Part shown: piece after piece, positions 7,096 through 15,706 of the stretch
Position numbering within the stretch: position 1 is the first letter of the stretch
How the letters are laid out: each line of letters starts with the position of its first letter
Assembly: GCA_049967475.1 (NCBI GenBank)
Contig: JBMFSQ010000046.1
Location: 1 to 15,715 of the forward strand
DNA length: 15,715 nucleotides
Source of the DNA: Chthonomonadales bacterium
GTDB lineage: Bacteria > Armatimonadota > Chthonomonadetes > Chthonomonadales > CAJBBX01
Direction: 5' to 3'
Program-made: the position numbers and the translations under genes
Notes under the pieces: model-generated
Databases searched by the model: none
Told to the model about the DNA's origin: nothing
What the model saw: only the letters and a program-made list of their open reading frames with translations

Positions 7096-7695
7096 CTAGA
7101 TCTCCCGCCGCCAGCTCAGGGCAGAGATCAGAGTGGCCTGGTCCGCATAGTCCAGATCGCCTCCTGCAGGCAATCCGTGGGCGATGCGCGTGACCTTAAC
7201 GCCCAAGGGTTTGATGATCTTGGCAAGGTAGAAGGCGGTAGCCTCGCCTTCCACTGTGGGGTTGGTGGCGACGATGACCTCCCGGACACGGTTGTTTGCG
7301 ATGCGCGGCAGGAGTTCCTTGATGCGGAGCATGTCCGGCATGATGCCTTCCTGGGGTGAAATGACCCCTTGGAGCACGTGGTAGAGGCCCTTGTACTCGT
7401 TGGTTTTTTCCATGGCCATGAGGTCACGCGTCTCGGCGACCACGCAGAGGGTGGTGCGGTCGCGCCCGGGGTCCCGGCAGATGTCGCACAGGTCCTGATC
7501 TGTGTAATTGAAGCATTCCCGGCATGTATGGATGGTGGCTTTCACCTCCAAGATGGCATCGGCAAGCTTGCGTGCTTCTTCTGCAGGGACGCGCAACAGG
7601 TAGAAGGCCATACGCTGGGCGGATTTGGGGCCGACGCCCGGCAGCTTCTCCAGTTCTCCTACGAGGCGGGCAAGGGGTTTGGCGTATTGGAGCAT
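7096..7695 (-). CDS. recR: Recombination mediator RecR
   Basis: HhH motif LPGVGPKSAQRMAF, zinc finger CRECFN...CDIC, Toprim with YHVLQG and ATNPTVEGEATA, and RIAHGLPAGGDLDYAD. Confidence 0.97.
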   Translation of the reverse strand: MLQYAKPLARLVGELEKLPGVGPKSAQRMAFYLLRVPAEEARKLADAILEVKATIHTCRECFNYTDQDLCDICRDPGRDRTTLCVVAETRDLMAMEKTNEYKGLYHVLQGVISPQEGIMPDMLRIKELLPRIANNRVREVIVATNPTVEGEATAFYLAKIIKPLGVKVTRIAHGLPAGGDLDYADQATLISALSWRREI

Positions 7696-7740
7696 CCTTT
7701 GTGGCGCCGCGCCGGGACGACCCTGCCATGGCGTTGGGCA

Positions 7741-10314
7741 TTACCCTCCCAGGCGCTTGACGGCCTCCTTTGCTTCTGCATTGTTTGGATCGTTCTTGAG
7801 GGCCTCCTTGTATTGGCCGATAGCCAGTGCCTTGCGGCCGGTGGCTTCGTAGAGCTTGGCAAGCTTGACGCGGTATGTGGCGCCGGCGGCTGGAGGCAGG
7901 TTCTTGATGCCCAGGATATGTTGGTAGGCGTCTACGGCTGCGTCGCTGCGCCCCATTTTCTCAAGGAGGGCAGCTTGATTGGCCCAGGTGGTGAAGTCGT
8001 TGGGGGCCATGGCTGCGGCTTTCTGGTAGAACTCCAGGGCCTCCGGATTGCGGCCAAGCTTCTCCAGGATGCCGCCGGCAGCGGAGAGGAAGGTCGGATT
8101 GCTGCCGAGCTTGCCGGCTGCCAAGGGTTTGAGGAAGTCGGCGAGTTCCGAGGTTTTGCCGAGTTTTTCCTCTGCGCGTTGAAGGAAGGTGAGGTCCAGC
8201 ACGGGATCCGCAGCCTGTGCGATATGGTTCTGGAGGTAGGCTACCCAGTCGCTGAGTTTGTTCTGGGCAGTATAGGCTGCCGAGAGGAGGGTGTAGGCCT
8301 CATAGGTGTACATGGGGTCAGCGGCGGCATGGATAAAGGCATCGCACGCTTTTTGCATGGATGCCATGGCTTGATAGGCTTTGCCGAGCTTGAGCCAAGC
8401 CCAGGAAGCCTTGGGGTTCGCGTCCACGATGGCGGTATATTGTGCGGCAGCGTCGGCCCATTTGTTCTGCTTTTCCAGCAGTTCGGCGAGTTGGGTGTGC
8501 CACGCCGCATTCGAGGGCTCTTTTTCGGCCAGGCGGCGGTATTCCGCTATGGCGGCATCCGTCTTGCCTTGAAGCTGGAGGATGCGCGGGATGTTGCCTT
8601 CGTAGAAGGTGTTGCCGGGTGCAATCCTTTCGATCTCGCGATATTGGGCGATGGCATCGTCATAGCGCTTCTGGCGCTCTAGGAGCTGGGCTATATACCA
8701 CAGGCCGGTGACGTTGGCGGGATCAACGGTACGGATCAGCCCATAGGTTTTGACGGCGTCCTCAGTACGGCCGGCCTGCTCGTAGGCGGAAGCCAGGCGG
8801 ATGATTGCGGAAAGATCCTTTGGCGCCAGGCGCCGCTCTTCTTGGAATTCGGTAATGGCTTGAGCGGTCTTTTTCTGGCTCAGATACGTTTGGCCCAGCA
8901 ACCGATGGGCGTTCGGGTTGGATGGATCCAGAGTTACCCAATCCCGGTACACTTTTTCGGCGGCGTCGAGTTTGTTTTGTGTCTGATAGATGCGTCCGAG
9001 GGCCAGTCGGGCATCCACGGAGTGCGGATCTTTCCGGAGAGCCTTTTGATATTGGGCAATGGCTTCGGGGATGCGCGTTTGGGCTTCACGAAGCCGCGCG
9101 AGGGCAAGATATCCGGCCGCATCCTTTGGGAAGCGGCGTATGGCTTGGTTGTAGACGTCCTCGGCGGCATCATTGCGCCCGAGCTGCTGGTACAAGTAAC
9201 CCAATCCCTCGTAAGCCTGAATGGGCGCCTGCAGCGAGATGGCCTTGCGGTAATGCGCCTCCGCGGTTTGATAGGCCTGCTTCCGCCTGGACGCATCGGT
9301 TTCTGCGGCGGCGGCGTACGTTTCGGCGAGGGCGAGATCGGCGAGGATGCGGGGGTTCGCCGGGGCCAGCGCCAGGGCGGATCGGAAGTAGCGCACGGAT
9401 TGGGGGTAGTTGTGGATTTCAAAGTAGAGGCGGGCGGCGTTGAGATGGGCCGGCAGGAAGGCGGGCTGGGCGGCGATGGCTTGAAGATAAAGACTGAGGG
9501 CTCTTTGCAGCAGCCCCTTTGCGTCGCTTCGCTGGGCCATCGCCTGATAGGCCCCTGCCATATTGTAAAGCAGGGCGGCGCTGCGCGGCATAGATCGGGC
9601 GGCCTTTTCGTAGGCAGCAAGGGCCTTTTCCGGTTCGCCCATGATCTGGTGGATGACGCCCATGCTCACGTGAGCTTCGGCGAGCTTAGGGTCTAGGTCC
9701 AGCGCTTTTGCCAGCGCCGCCAGAGCCTGAGGATAGCGCTTCTGGCGGGCCAGGACGATGCCGATGTTGAAGTAAGTTCGGGCGTTTCCCGGGGCGTACC
9801 GTGCGGCGAGGCGGAATTCCTGTTCGGCTGTTTGGAGGCGGCCTTCGGCGATGAAGCAACCTCCCAGAGCGAAGTGGGCAGCGGCGCTTTTGGGATCGCG
9901 CTTCAATGCGGAGAGTGCGGCGTCCTTCGCTTCGTTCCAGCGGTGTTCGTCGGCATAGACAGTGGCGAGTTGGCTTAGGGGCACAGGGTTGGCGGGTTCC
10001 AGGGCCGCGGCTTTGCGGAAGGCGCCCTCGGCCTCCTTCAGGCGGCCGGAGCTTTGATAGAGGATGCCGAGGTTCATATAGGCCGGATAGGCTTTGGGCG
10101 CGAGTGTGATGAGCTCGCGGTACGCACGGATTGCCTCTTCGCGCCGGCCCTTGCGCTGGAGGGTCACGGCGCGCTCGAAGAGATTTGCAGCTCGCACCGC
10201 CTCGGGCGAAGGGGTGGGGGGATGTACCACGATAGAGCGGTTAGGCGCCTGGGCTGAGGCTCCGATGCACCAGGCGGCCATCAAGCAAGAGAGTACAAAG
10301 CAGTGAACACGCAC
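7741..10314 (-). CDS. Exported tetratricopeptide repeat protein (about 857 aa)
   Basis: Tandem TPR-like motifs along nearly the whole length (e.g. AYMNLGILYQSSGRLKEAEGAFRKAAALEP). GTG 10314 with GGAG at 10323-10326 gives a signal peptide MRVHCFVLSCLMAAWCIGASA|Q. Confidence 0.9.
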   Translation of the reverse strand: MRVHCFVLSCLMAAWCIGASAQAPNRSIVVHPPTPSPEAVRAANLFERAVTLQRKGRREEAIRAYRELITLAPKAYPAYMNLGILYQSSGRLKEAEGAFRKAAALEPANPVPLSQLATVYADEHRWNEAKDAALSALKRDPKSAAAHFALGGCFIAEGRLQTAEQEFRLAARYAPGNARTYFNIGIVLARQKRYPQALAALAKALDLDPKLAEAHVSMGVIHQIMGEPEKALAAYEKAARSMPRSAALLYNMAGAYQAMAQRSDAKGLLQRALSLYLQAIAAQPAFLPAHLNAARLYFEIHNYPQSVRYFRSALALAPANPRILADLALAETYAAAAETDASRRKQAYQTAEAHYRKAISLQAPIQAYEGLGYLYQQLGRNDAAEDVYNQAIRRFPKDAAGYLALARLREAQTRIPEAIAQYQKALRKDPHSVDARLALGRIYQTQNKLDAAEKVYRDWVTLDPSNPNAHRLLGQTYLSQKKTAQAITEFQEERRLAPKDLSAIIRLASAYEQAGRTEDAVKTYGLIRTVDPANVTGLWYIAQLLERQKRYDDAIAQYREIERIAPGNTFYEGNIPRILQLQGKTDAAIAEYRRLAEKEPSNAAWHTQLAELLEKQNKWADAAAQYTAIVDANPKASWAWLKLGKAYQAMASMQKACDAFIHAAADPMYTYEAYTLLSAAYTAQNKLSDWVAYLQNHIAQAADPVLDLTFLQRAEEKLGKTSELADFLKPLAAGKLGSNPTFLSAAGGILEKLGRNPEALEFYQKAAAMAPNDFTTWANQAALLEKMGRSDAAVDAYQHILGIKNLPPAAGATYRVKLAKLYEATGRKALAIGQYKEALKNDPNNAEAKEAVKRLGG

Positions 10315-10349
10315 GGGGTGATCTCCGGGAGGGGCCTCTACACTCATGC

Positions 10350-10378
10350 ATTCTATCGCACAAGTGCGCCAGTGTCAA
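10350..10378 (-). promoter_or_regulatory. Sigma70-type promoter TTGACA-N17-TAGAAT for the TPR-recR-RR-HK unit
   Basis: Minus-strand TTGACA at 10373-10378 and TAGAAT at 10350-10355, with a 17-bp spacer. Confidence 0.8.
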
Positions 10379-10487
10379 GCGGAGCACCCTGGTTTCGGAG
10401 GCAGGCGGCCCCTCGTGTTGCCGTCGTGTACGGGGAAGAGGGTTTAGCCGCAAGCTGTTGGAGGCAGCGGGTACCCATGAAGTGGGT

Positions 10488-10518
10488 AAGAAAGAGGGGC
10501 CGGGCGAAGCCCGGCCCC
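10488..10518 (-). terminator. Intrinsic terminator of the SLH-porin gene
   Basis: Minus strand: GGGGCCGGGC-TTC-GCCCGGCCCC followed by TCTTTCTT, about 28 nt after the stop codon. Confidence 0.85.
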
Positions 10519-10546
10519 GCGGGAGTGATGGAGGGAAGGGATTGGA

Positions 10547-12538
10547 CTAGAAGCCCACGGAAGCCTTCATAACGAAGGCATTGTACGTGTAACGCGTCCC
10601 TGCCGGCGTGGAGAGTGCGCGCTCGCCGTCGAAGGCGCCCGTCTGCCACATGAGGTTCAGCCTAGTATTCTGGGTGAGCCAGTAACCCGTGCTGATCGTA
10701 AAGTAATCCTCTGTGGGGTGCATGGTGGTAGCGGCCATGGCCGGGATGCCCTGGTGGATCCCCGAGAGTTTCCAGTACACGTGTTCCCAGTCCAGGCCGA
10801 TGGTAAAGAGCCGGGACGGGTTGATGGAAGCCCCTACGATCACGCGGGTGATGCTGTCGTCGCGACCGAGACCACCGAAGCCTGCCGAGGTGCCCGTGGC
10901 ATGCCACAGTGTCGGGATAAAGTAGTCGGCCGCTAGTTTCAAAGAGAAAAGGCCGCTGAAGCGGTACCCAAGATCGAGGCCGGGCCCCTGGATATTGGTT
11001 GGATTGATCCAGTTACCGATGCGCCCCCAATAACCCGGCGAATAGAAGAACGGCTCGATGTAGCGGTACCGCACGCCCGACGAGAAGGCTCCGTAAGCGT
11101 AGCTTGCATTGAACGTAGCTGCGTTGTTGTGGTATGGGTTGCGGGTAGTGTCGCGGCCGGTGTGTGTGATGGTTTTGGCCCACTCCACCGATGCGTCAAA
11201 GTGCGGCGTGGGCATCACTCCAACGCCGGCTCCCAATACCTCGACCCCGTCGAAGCCAAGGCCGCCGGTGCCTTTCATGTCCAGGGCGCTGCCGCTGATA
11301 CGGAAGTGCCCATCGCCCATCTTGGTGGCGTATCCGAGCGTCACCCCGGCAATCTGGTCCACCGTCATTTGACCCAGTTGGGGTAATCCCGTGGGTACGT
11401 TGTACTGGCCGGTGGGTTTATTGTTGTGGAAGAAGACGTCGTTGCCCACTTTCACGCCGGCGAGCGGGCTATTCCAGCGGTTGCCGAACACATCCGTGAC
11501 GCTGCCCACCTGACCGCCGAATGCGGTGAAGTCGAACCCATGGAAGTTCAGGTTGATGCGGGCGCCGTCAATGGCATACCCCAGGTCCCCGGCCTCGCCC
11601 GGCGCGGCGTGATCTGCGGCGTCGCTCTCTGCCTGGCTGAAGTTTCCGTACGAGCCCGGCAGGCCGTAGAAGCCGAAGTAGGTGTCCACATCAGGGCGCT
11701 GGAGGACGAGGGGGCCTACGGAGTGCCTGAAGCGGCCCAGGGTAAGGTTGGATCCCTCACTGATGCAATCGAGCTTGTGGGTGTACTCCAGGTACTGAAG
11801 GTACGTGGAGTAGTTGGCTGTGTGGTCGAGGAAGGGCATCACCTGGCCTACGGAACCGCCGAGGGTTTGGATGTAATTGGTGAACATGAGGCTTGCCCTC
11901 ACGTCATCCTTGGAGGCCGCGGGAGATGCGATGTTGAGGGTAAGGCCGGTGACGAGGAGCGGATTGCCGTGTCCTGGGTTGAAGCGGCCGTCATAGTCCA
12001 CGTAGGGGCCATGGGAGGCGTCGGATCGGACGCCGGTGAAGGCCGTTCCCGAGATGCGGATGCGGTTGGCCAGGTCCGTTCGGATGGCCTTGATGTTGGC
12101 TTCCAGGGCATCCAGGCGCTTGTTCACGTCGTCTACCTTGACGCCGAAGGCCTTCAGGTCGTCCTTGAATTCATTGAGCAGTCGTCTGAAGGTAGGGATC
12201 TCCTCGGGAACGATGCCTGCGGGTCCTACCGGGCCCTGCTCACCCTGGGGCCCGGCCTCGCCTTGGGGGCCTTGCGGTCCTTCGGGCCCCTGGATTAGGG
12301 CGAGAGCCTTGACGGCGCGGTCCAGCGCTTCGGCAAATTCGTAGCGGGTGAGGGTTCTCATGCCGCTGAAGCGGCCGTTAGGGTATCCCTTGATGATGCC
12401 CTTGCTTTGGAGTTCAGACACGGCCTGATACGCCCAGTGGGTTGTGGGGACGTCGTCGAAGGGGTTGTTCTGGGCGGACACGGGTCTGGCCAAACCGATA
12501 GACAACAAGGCGATCAGAAGGGGCATTCCCCTACGCAT
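10547..12538 (-). CDS. SLH-domain outer-membrane protein (OmpM/SlpA-like: signal peptide, SLH, collagen-like insert, coiled coil, probable beta-barrel)
   Basis: Signal peptide ending PVSA|Q. SLH motif PFDDVPTTHWAYQAV...GIIKGYPNGRF...LTRYEFA, a heptad region, and an alternating beta-strand pattern ending in C-terminal Phe (MKASVGF). AAAGGAGGT SD at 12545-12553. Confidence 0.88.
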   Translation of the reverse strand: MRRGMPLLIALLSIGLARPVSAQNNPFDDVPTTHWAYQAVSELQSKGIIKGYPNGRFSGMRTLTRYEFAEALDRAVKALALIQGPEGPQGPQGEAGPQGEQGPVGPAGIVPEEIPTFRRLLNEFKDDLKAFGVKVDDVNKRLDALEANIKAIRTDLANRIRISGTAFTGVRSDASHGPYVDYDGRFNPGHGNPLLVTGLTLNIASPAASKDDVRASLMFTNYIQTLGGSVGQVMPFLDHTANYSTYLQYLEYTHKLDCISEGSNLTLGRFRHSVGPLVLQRPDVDTYFGFYGLPGSYGNFSQAESDAADHAAPGEAGDLGYAIDGARINLNFHGFDFTAFGGQVGSVTDVFGNRWNSPLAGVKVGNDVFFHNNKPTGQYNVPTGLPQLGQMTVDQIAGVTLGYATKMGDGHFRISGSALDMKGTGGLGFDGVEVLGAGVGVMPTPHFDASVEWAKTITHTGRDTTRNPYHNNAATFNASYAYGAFSSGVRYRYIEPFFYSPGYWGRIGNWINPTNIQGPGLDLGYRFSGLFSLKLAADYFIPTLWHATGTSAGFGGLGRDDSITRVIVGASINPSRLFTIGLDWEHVYWKLSGIHQGIPAMAATTMHPTEDYFTISTGYWLTQNTRLNLMWQTGAFDGERALSTPAGTRYTYNAFVMKASVGF
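12215..12289 (-). repeat. Collagen-like (Gly-X-Y)8 coding repeat within the SLH protein
   Basis: GPE GPQ GPQ GEA GPQ GEQ GPV GPA G, residues 84-108. Confidence 0.9.
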
Positions 12539-12758
12539 GTTCAGACCTCCTTTCGGTGTAACGGGCCGTGTGTCCAGAGAAGCTCATCGAACGGCAAGCA
12601 GGTGCGGCCTGTGCGCTTTCGCGTGCGGCGACGGACACAAAAGCGTGAGGTGGATTATCGCGGCCCCAACAATCCACCGGCTTCGGCAGGGACACGTGTT
12701 GCATCGTTCTCGGGCGCAACAAACTCATTGCGGGGCTGGTGCAGGCCCGCTCAAGGTT

Positions 12759-12788
12759 ACGCTAGCACAATTGCCGGTTCGGCGTCAA
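12759..12788 (-). promoter_or_regulatory. Putative sigma70-type promoter TTGACG-N18-TAGCGT (with TGn extension) for the SLH-porin gene
   Basis: Minus-strand TTGACG at 12783-12788, and TAGCGT at 12759-12764 preceded by TGC. Confidence 0.55.
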
Positions 12789-12819
12789 GTGGGGGAACTC
12801 CTTCTTGGGCGGGCGCTTC

Positions 12820-12849
12820 TTGACAGATTTGGCCGGCAAGGGCTACGAT
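12820..12849 (+). promoter_or_regulatory. Sigma70-type promoter TTGACA-N18-TACGAT for the riboswitch-purH transcript
   Basis: TTGACA at 12820-12825 and TACGAT at 12844-12849, about 20 nt upstream of the riboswitch P1. Confidence 0.75.
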
Positions 12850-12870
12850 GATGGTGCTTTGCGAACTTGG

Positions 12871-12947
12871 CGGCGGGCGTAACTGGCGCCGATACGGGGA
12901 ATCAACCCCGCGGGAGCGCTCGCTGTGGCTTAGCCGCGCGCCTGGGC
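12871..12947 (+). ncRNA. ZMP/ZTP riboswitch aptamer (pfl motif)
   Basis: P1 CGGCGGGCGT (12871-80) pairs with GCGCTCGCTG (12916-25). Conserved ACTGGCG. P2 CGGGG/CCCCG, then GGGAGCG. P3 GCC-GCGCGCCTG-GGC (12933-47). Pseudoknot GGCG (12885-88) with CGCC (12939-42). It sits upstream of purH, a typical context for this class. Confidence 0.92.
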
Positions 12948-13098
12948 GATCCGCATCCGCATCGAAGGCGGGAAGCAGGGGATCGTTCCGGCGCAAATCG
13001 TCGGGCCTTGCTAAGGCCCACGAAAGTCTCGGAGCACCGCGCACAGAGATCCTCTCCTCCCGTTCATCCATGTTGCAAGGGACTAAGGAGGTAGGCCG

Positions 13099-14679
13099 AT
13101 GAGTTCTATTGAACGTGCGCTGGTCAGCGTGTCCAACAAAGAGGGCGTGGTGGAGTTCGCGCGCGAACTTGCGGCGCTGGGCGTGGAAATCGTGTCCACA
13201 GGGGGCACGGCTGCGACCCTGGCCCAGGCCGGCGTTCCGGTGCGCCAGGTGTGGGAGCTGACGGGCTTTCCCGAGATGATGGATGGGCGTGTGAAGACGC
13301 TCCATCCCAAGATCCATGGAGGCATTCTTTTCCGGCGCGATCTTCCCGAGCACCGGGATGCTGCCGCCCAACACGCCATTGCCCCCATAGATCTGGTGTG
13401 CGTGAACCTGTATCCGTTCGCCCAGACCGTTGCCAAGCCCGGCGTGTCTCTGGAGGAGGCCGTCGAGAATATTGACATCGGCGGGCCGGCTATGGTGCGT
13501 TCGGCAGCCAAGAACCACGATGCGGTAACTGTGGTGGTAGATCCGGCGGATTACGGAACGGTGCTGGAAGAGATGAAGGCGCATTCCGGAAGCACCACTT
13601 TGGAGCTCAGGCGGCGGTTGGCTGCGAAGGCGTTCGCGCATACGGCGCGCTATGATGCGCTCATCGCGACCTATTTGAACCGGCGCTTCGATCCCGAGAA
13701 CCTGTTCCCTCAGGAGCTGGCATTGGGATACTCCAAAGTGCAGGATTGCCGGTACGGCGAGAACCCGCACCAGCGGGCCGCCTTCTACGCCGAGGCGTTC
13801 TGCACGGAGCCTTCCATCGGTACCGCCCGGCAGATCCACGGCAAGGAGCTTTCGTTCAACAACATTTACGATCTCAATGCGGCGCTGGAGACCGTGAAGG
13901 AGCTCCCCGAAAAGCCCGCAGCGGTGATTATCAAGCACACGAACCCCTGCGGTGCCGCCCAGGCGGACACGCTTGCTGAAGCATTCCGCCTGGCTCGACG
14001 GGGGGATCCCGTGTCCGCCTTCGGCGGCATTCTGGCGGTAAACCGTCCCGTTGATGTGGACACGGCCGAGGAGATCACGGGCAAGAACACCTTTTTCGAA
14101 GCGGTAATCGCTCCCGGCTTCCATGCAGAAGCCTTGCCGATCCTTACCGGCAAGAAGAAGTGGGGCGCCAACTTGCGCTTGCTGGAGGTTGGAGATCTCC
14201 CTGCATCGGCGCCGGAATTCCCGGGGCTGGACCTCAAGAAGGTGGTAGGCGGGCTTTTGGTGCAAGAAAGGGATCTCAAGCTCGTGACTGCTCGGAAGCT
14301 GGTTGTCGTGACGCGCAGGCCGCCCACGCCGGAAGAGGAAGAAGAGCTACTCTTCGCATGGCGCATCGTAAAGCACGTAAAGTCCAACGCCATCGTGCTT
14401 ACGCGCGAGCGGCAGGTGGTGGGCGTGGGTGCAGGCCAGATGAACCGAGTGCAGTCGGTGCGGCTTGCAGTAGGCCAGGCTGGGGAGAGGGCCCGGGGAG
14501 CCGTGATGGCGTCGGATGCGTTCTTCCCCTTCCCGGACGGCCCCGAAGTTGCCGCCGAAGCAGGGGTTACGGCTGTGATCCAGCCCGGCGGGTCTGTGAA
14601 GGATCAAGACACGATCGAGGTTTGCGACCGGTACAATATCGCCATGGTCTTTACGGACACGCGCCACTTTCTCCACTAG
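13099..14679 (+). CDS. purH: Bifunctional AICAR formyltransferase / IMP cyclohydrolase
   Basis: RALVSVSNK, STGGT, FPEMMDGRVKTLHPKIHGGIL, ENIDIGGP, RYGENPHQ, KHTNPCG, SDAFFPF and C-terminal RHFLH. TAAGGAGGT SD at 13084-13092. Confidence 0.98.
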   Translation: MSSIERALVSVSNKEGVVEFARELAALGVEIVSTGGTAATLAQAGVPVRQVWELTGFPEMMDGRVKTLHPKIHGGILFRRDLPEHRDAAAQHAIAPIDLVCVNLYPFAQTVAKPGVSLEEAVENIDIGGPAMVRSAAKNHDAVTVVVDPADYGTVLEEMKAHSGSTTLELRRRLAAKAFAHTARYDALIATYLNRRFDPENLFPQELALGYSKVQDCRYGENPHQRAAFYAEAFCTEPSIGTARQIHGKELSFNNIYDLNAALETVKELPEKPAAVIIKHTNPCGAAQADTLAEAFRLARRGDPVSAFGGILAVNRPVDVDTAEEITGKNTFFEAVIAPGFHAEALPILTGKKKWGANLRLLEVGDLPASAPEFPGLDLKKVVGGLLVQERDLKLVTARKLVVVTRRPPTPEEEEELLFAWRIVKHVKSNAIVLTRERQVVGVGAGQMNRVQSVRLAVGQAGERARGAVMASDAFFPFPDGPEVAAEAGVTAVIQPGGSVKDQDTIEVCDRYNIAMVFTDTRHFLH

Positions 14680-14712
14680 CGGGAAGTGGGGTACGGCACG
14701 CAGGAGGATTGG

Positions 14713-15657
14713 ATGGAGTATCGGAGATTGGGCGCATCGGGCCTGAAGGTGAGCGAAATATGCCTGGGTTCGTGGCTCACCTACGGCAATGCCGTTGACG
14801 ATGCCACTGCAGAGGCTTGCGTGAATGCAGCGTTCGATGCGGGCATCAACTTCTTCGACACGGCCAATGTTTACGCCAATGGGCGGGCGGAGGAGGTGCT
14901 GGGGCGCATCCTCAAGAAGCGCAGGCGCGAGGAATTCGTCATCGGGACGAAGGTTTACTTCCCCATGGGCGATGGCCCCAACGACCGCGGCCTCTCCCGC
15001 AAGCACATCCGTGAGCAGTGTGAACAGAGCCTCAAGCGGCTGCAAATGGACTACGTGGATCTCTATCAGTGCCATCGCTTCGACACCGACACTCCTTTGG
15101 AAGAGACGCTGGCTGCTCTGGATGACCTAGTCACAGCCGGCAAAGTGCTGTACATCGGCTTCAGCGAATGGACTGCGGCGCAGATCGCGGAGGCGCTGGG
15201 CATCCAGAAGCGCAACGGCTTCGACCGGTTCGTGTCCAGCCAGCCCTACTACAACTTGTTGGGGCGCGCGATCGAGAAGGAGATCATGCCCCTTTGTTGG
15301 CGGGAGGGCATCGGCCAGATTGTCTATTCTCCTCTTGCGCAGGGGCTTCTTACAGGGAAGTACCGGCCCGGTGCGCCGCCTCCGCCGGAGAGCCGTGCGA
15401 TGGATCCTCGGCAGAATGTGTTTCTAAACCGGGGCAAGTTGGATGAGGAGCTTTTGGCGCGGATCGAGAAGGTGCGGCCTGCTGCGGAGCGGGAAGGGCT
15501 TACCATGGCCCAATTGGCGCTGGCTTGGTGTCTGCGGCGCGAGGAGGTGAGCAGCGTAATCATTGGAGCCAGCAAGCCCGCTCAAGTGATGGAGAATGCC
15601 GCTGCATCGGGACGGAAGCTCAGTGCGGACACGCTGGCGCTATTGGAGGCTGTGTGA
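14713..15657 (+). CDS. Aldo/keto reductase (Kv-beta-like subfamily, 314 aa)
   Basis: MEYRRLGASGLKVSEICLGSW, catalytic tetrad in FFDTANVY / GTKVY / YQCHRFD, GLSRKHI, and YSPLAQGLLTGKY. AGGAGG at 14702-14707 supports ATG 14713. Confidence 0.95.
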   Translation: MEYRRLGASGLKVSEICLGSWLTYGNAVDDATAEACVNAAFDAGINFFDTANVYANGRAEEVLGRILKKRRREEFVIGTKVYFPMGDGPNDRGLSRKHIREQCEQSLKRLQMDYVDLYQCHRFDTDTPLEETLAALDDLVTAGKVLYIGFSEWTAAQIAEALGIQKRNGFDRFVSSQPYYNLLGRAIEKEIMPLCWREGIGQIVYSPLAQGLLTGKYRPGAPPPPESRAMDPRQNVFLNRGKLDEELLARIEKVRPAAEREGLTMAQLALAWCLRREEVSSVIIGASKPAQVMENAAASGRKLSADTLALLEAV

Positions 15658-15676
15658 TGCGGTCATTGTAGTGGTC

Positions 15677-15706
15677 TTGACAGGTTGTTATGGGATGTGC
15701 TAGTAT
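15677..15706 (+). promoter_or_regulatory. Sigma70-type promoter TTGACA-N18-TAGTAT (with TGn extension) for a gene beyond the window
   Basis: TTGACA at 15677-15682 and TGC-TAGTAT at 15698-15706. Confidence 0.7.

Noticed and set aside
12948..13035. Second tandem riboswitch or ribozyme after the ZTP aptamer (GCGCAAA resembles c-di-GMP-I; GTTCCG resembles ykkC)
   Set aside because: The other conserved elements of those classes are absent. The stems are explained as part of the expression platform.
7369..14265. Long antisense ORFs (7369..8682, 8842..9696, 11426..12298, 12757..14265)
   Set aside because: They are antisense shadows of recR, the TPR gene, the SLH-porin gene and purH, which is expected from high-GC codon bias.
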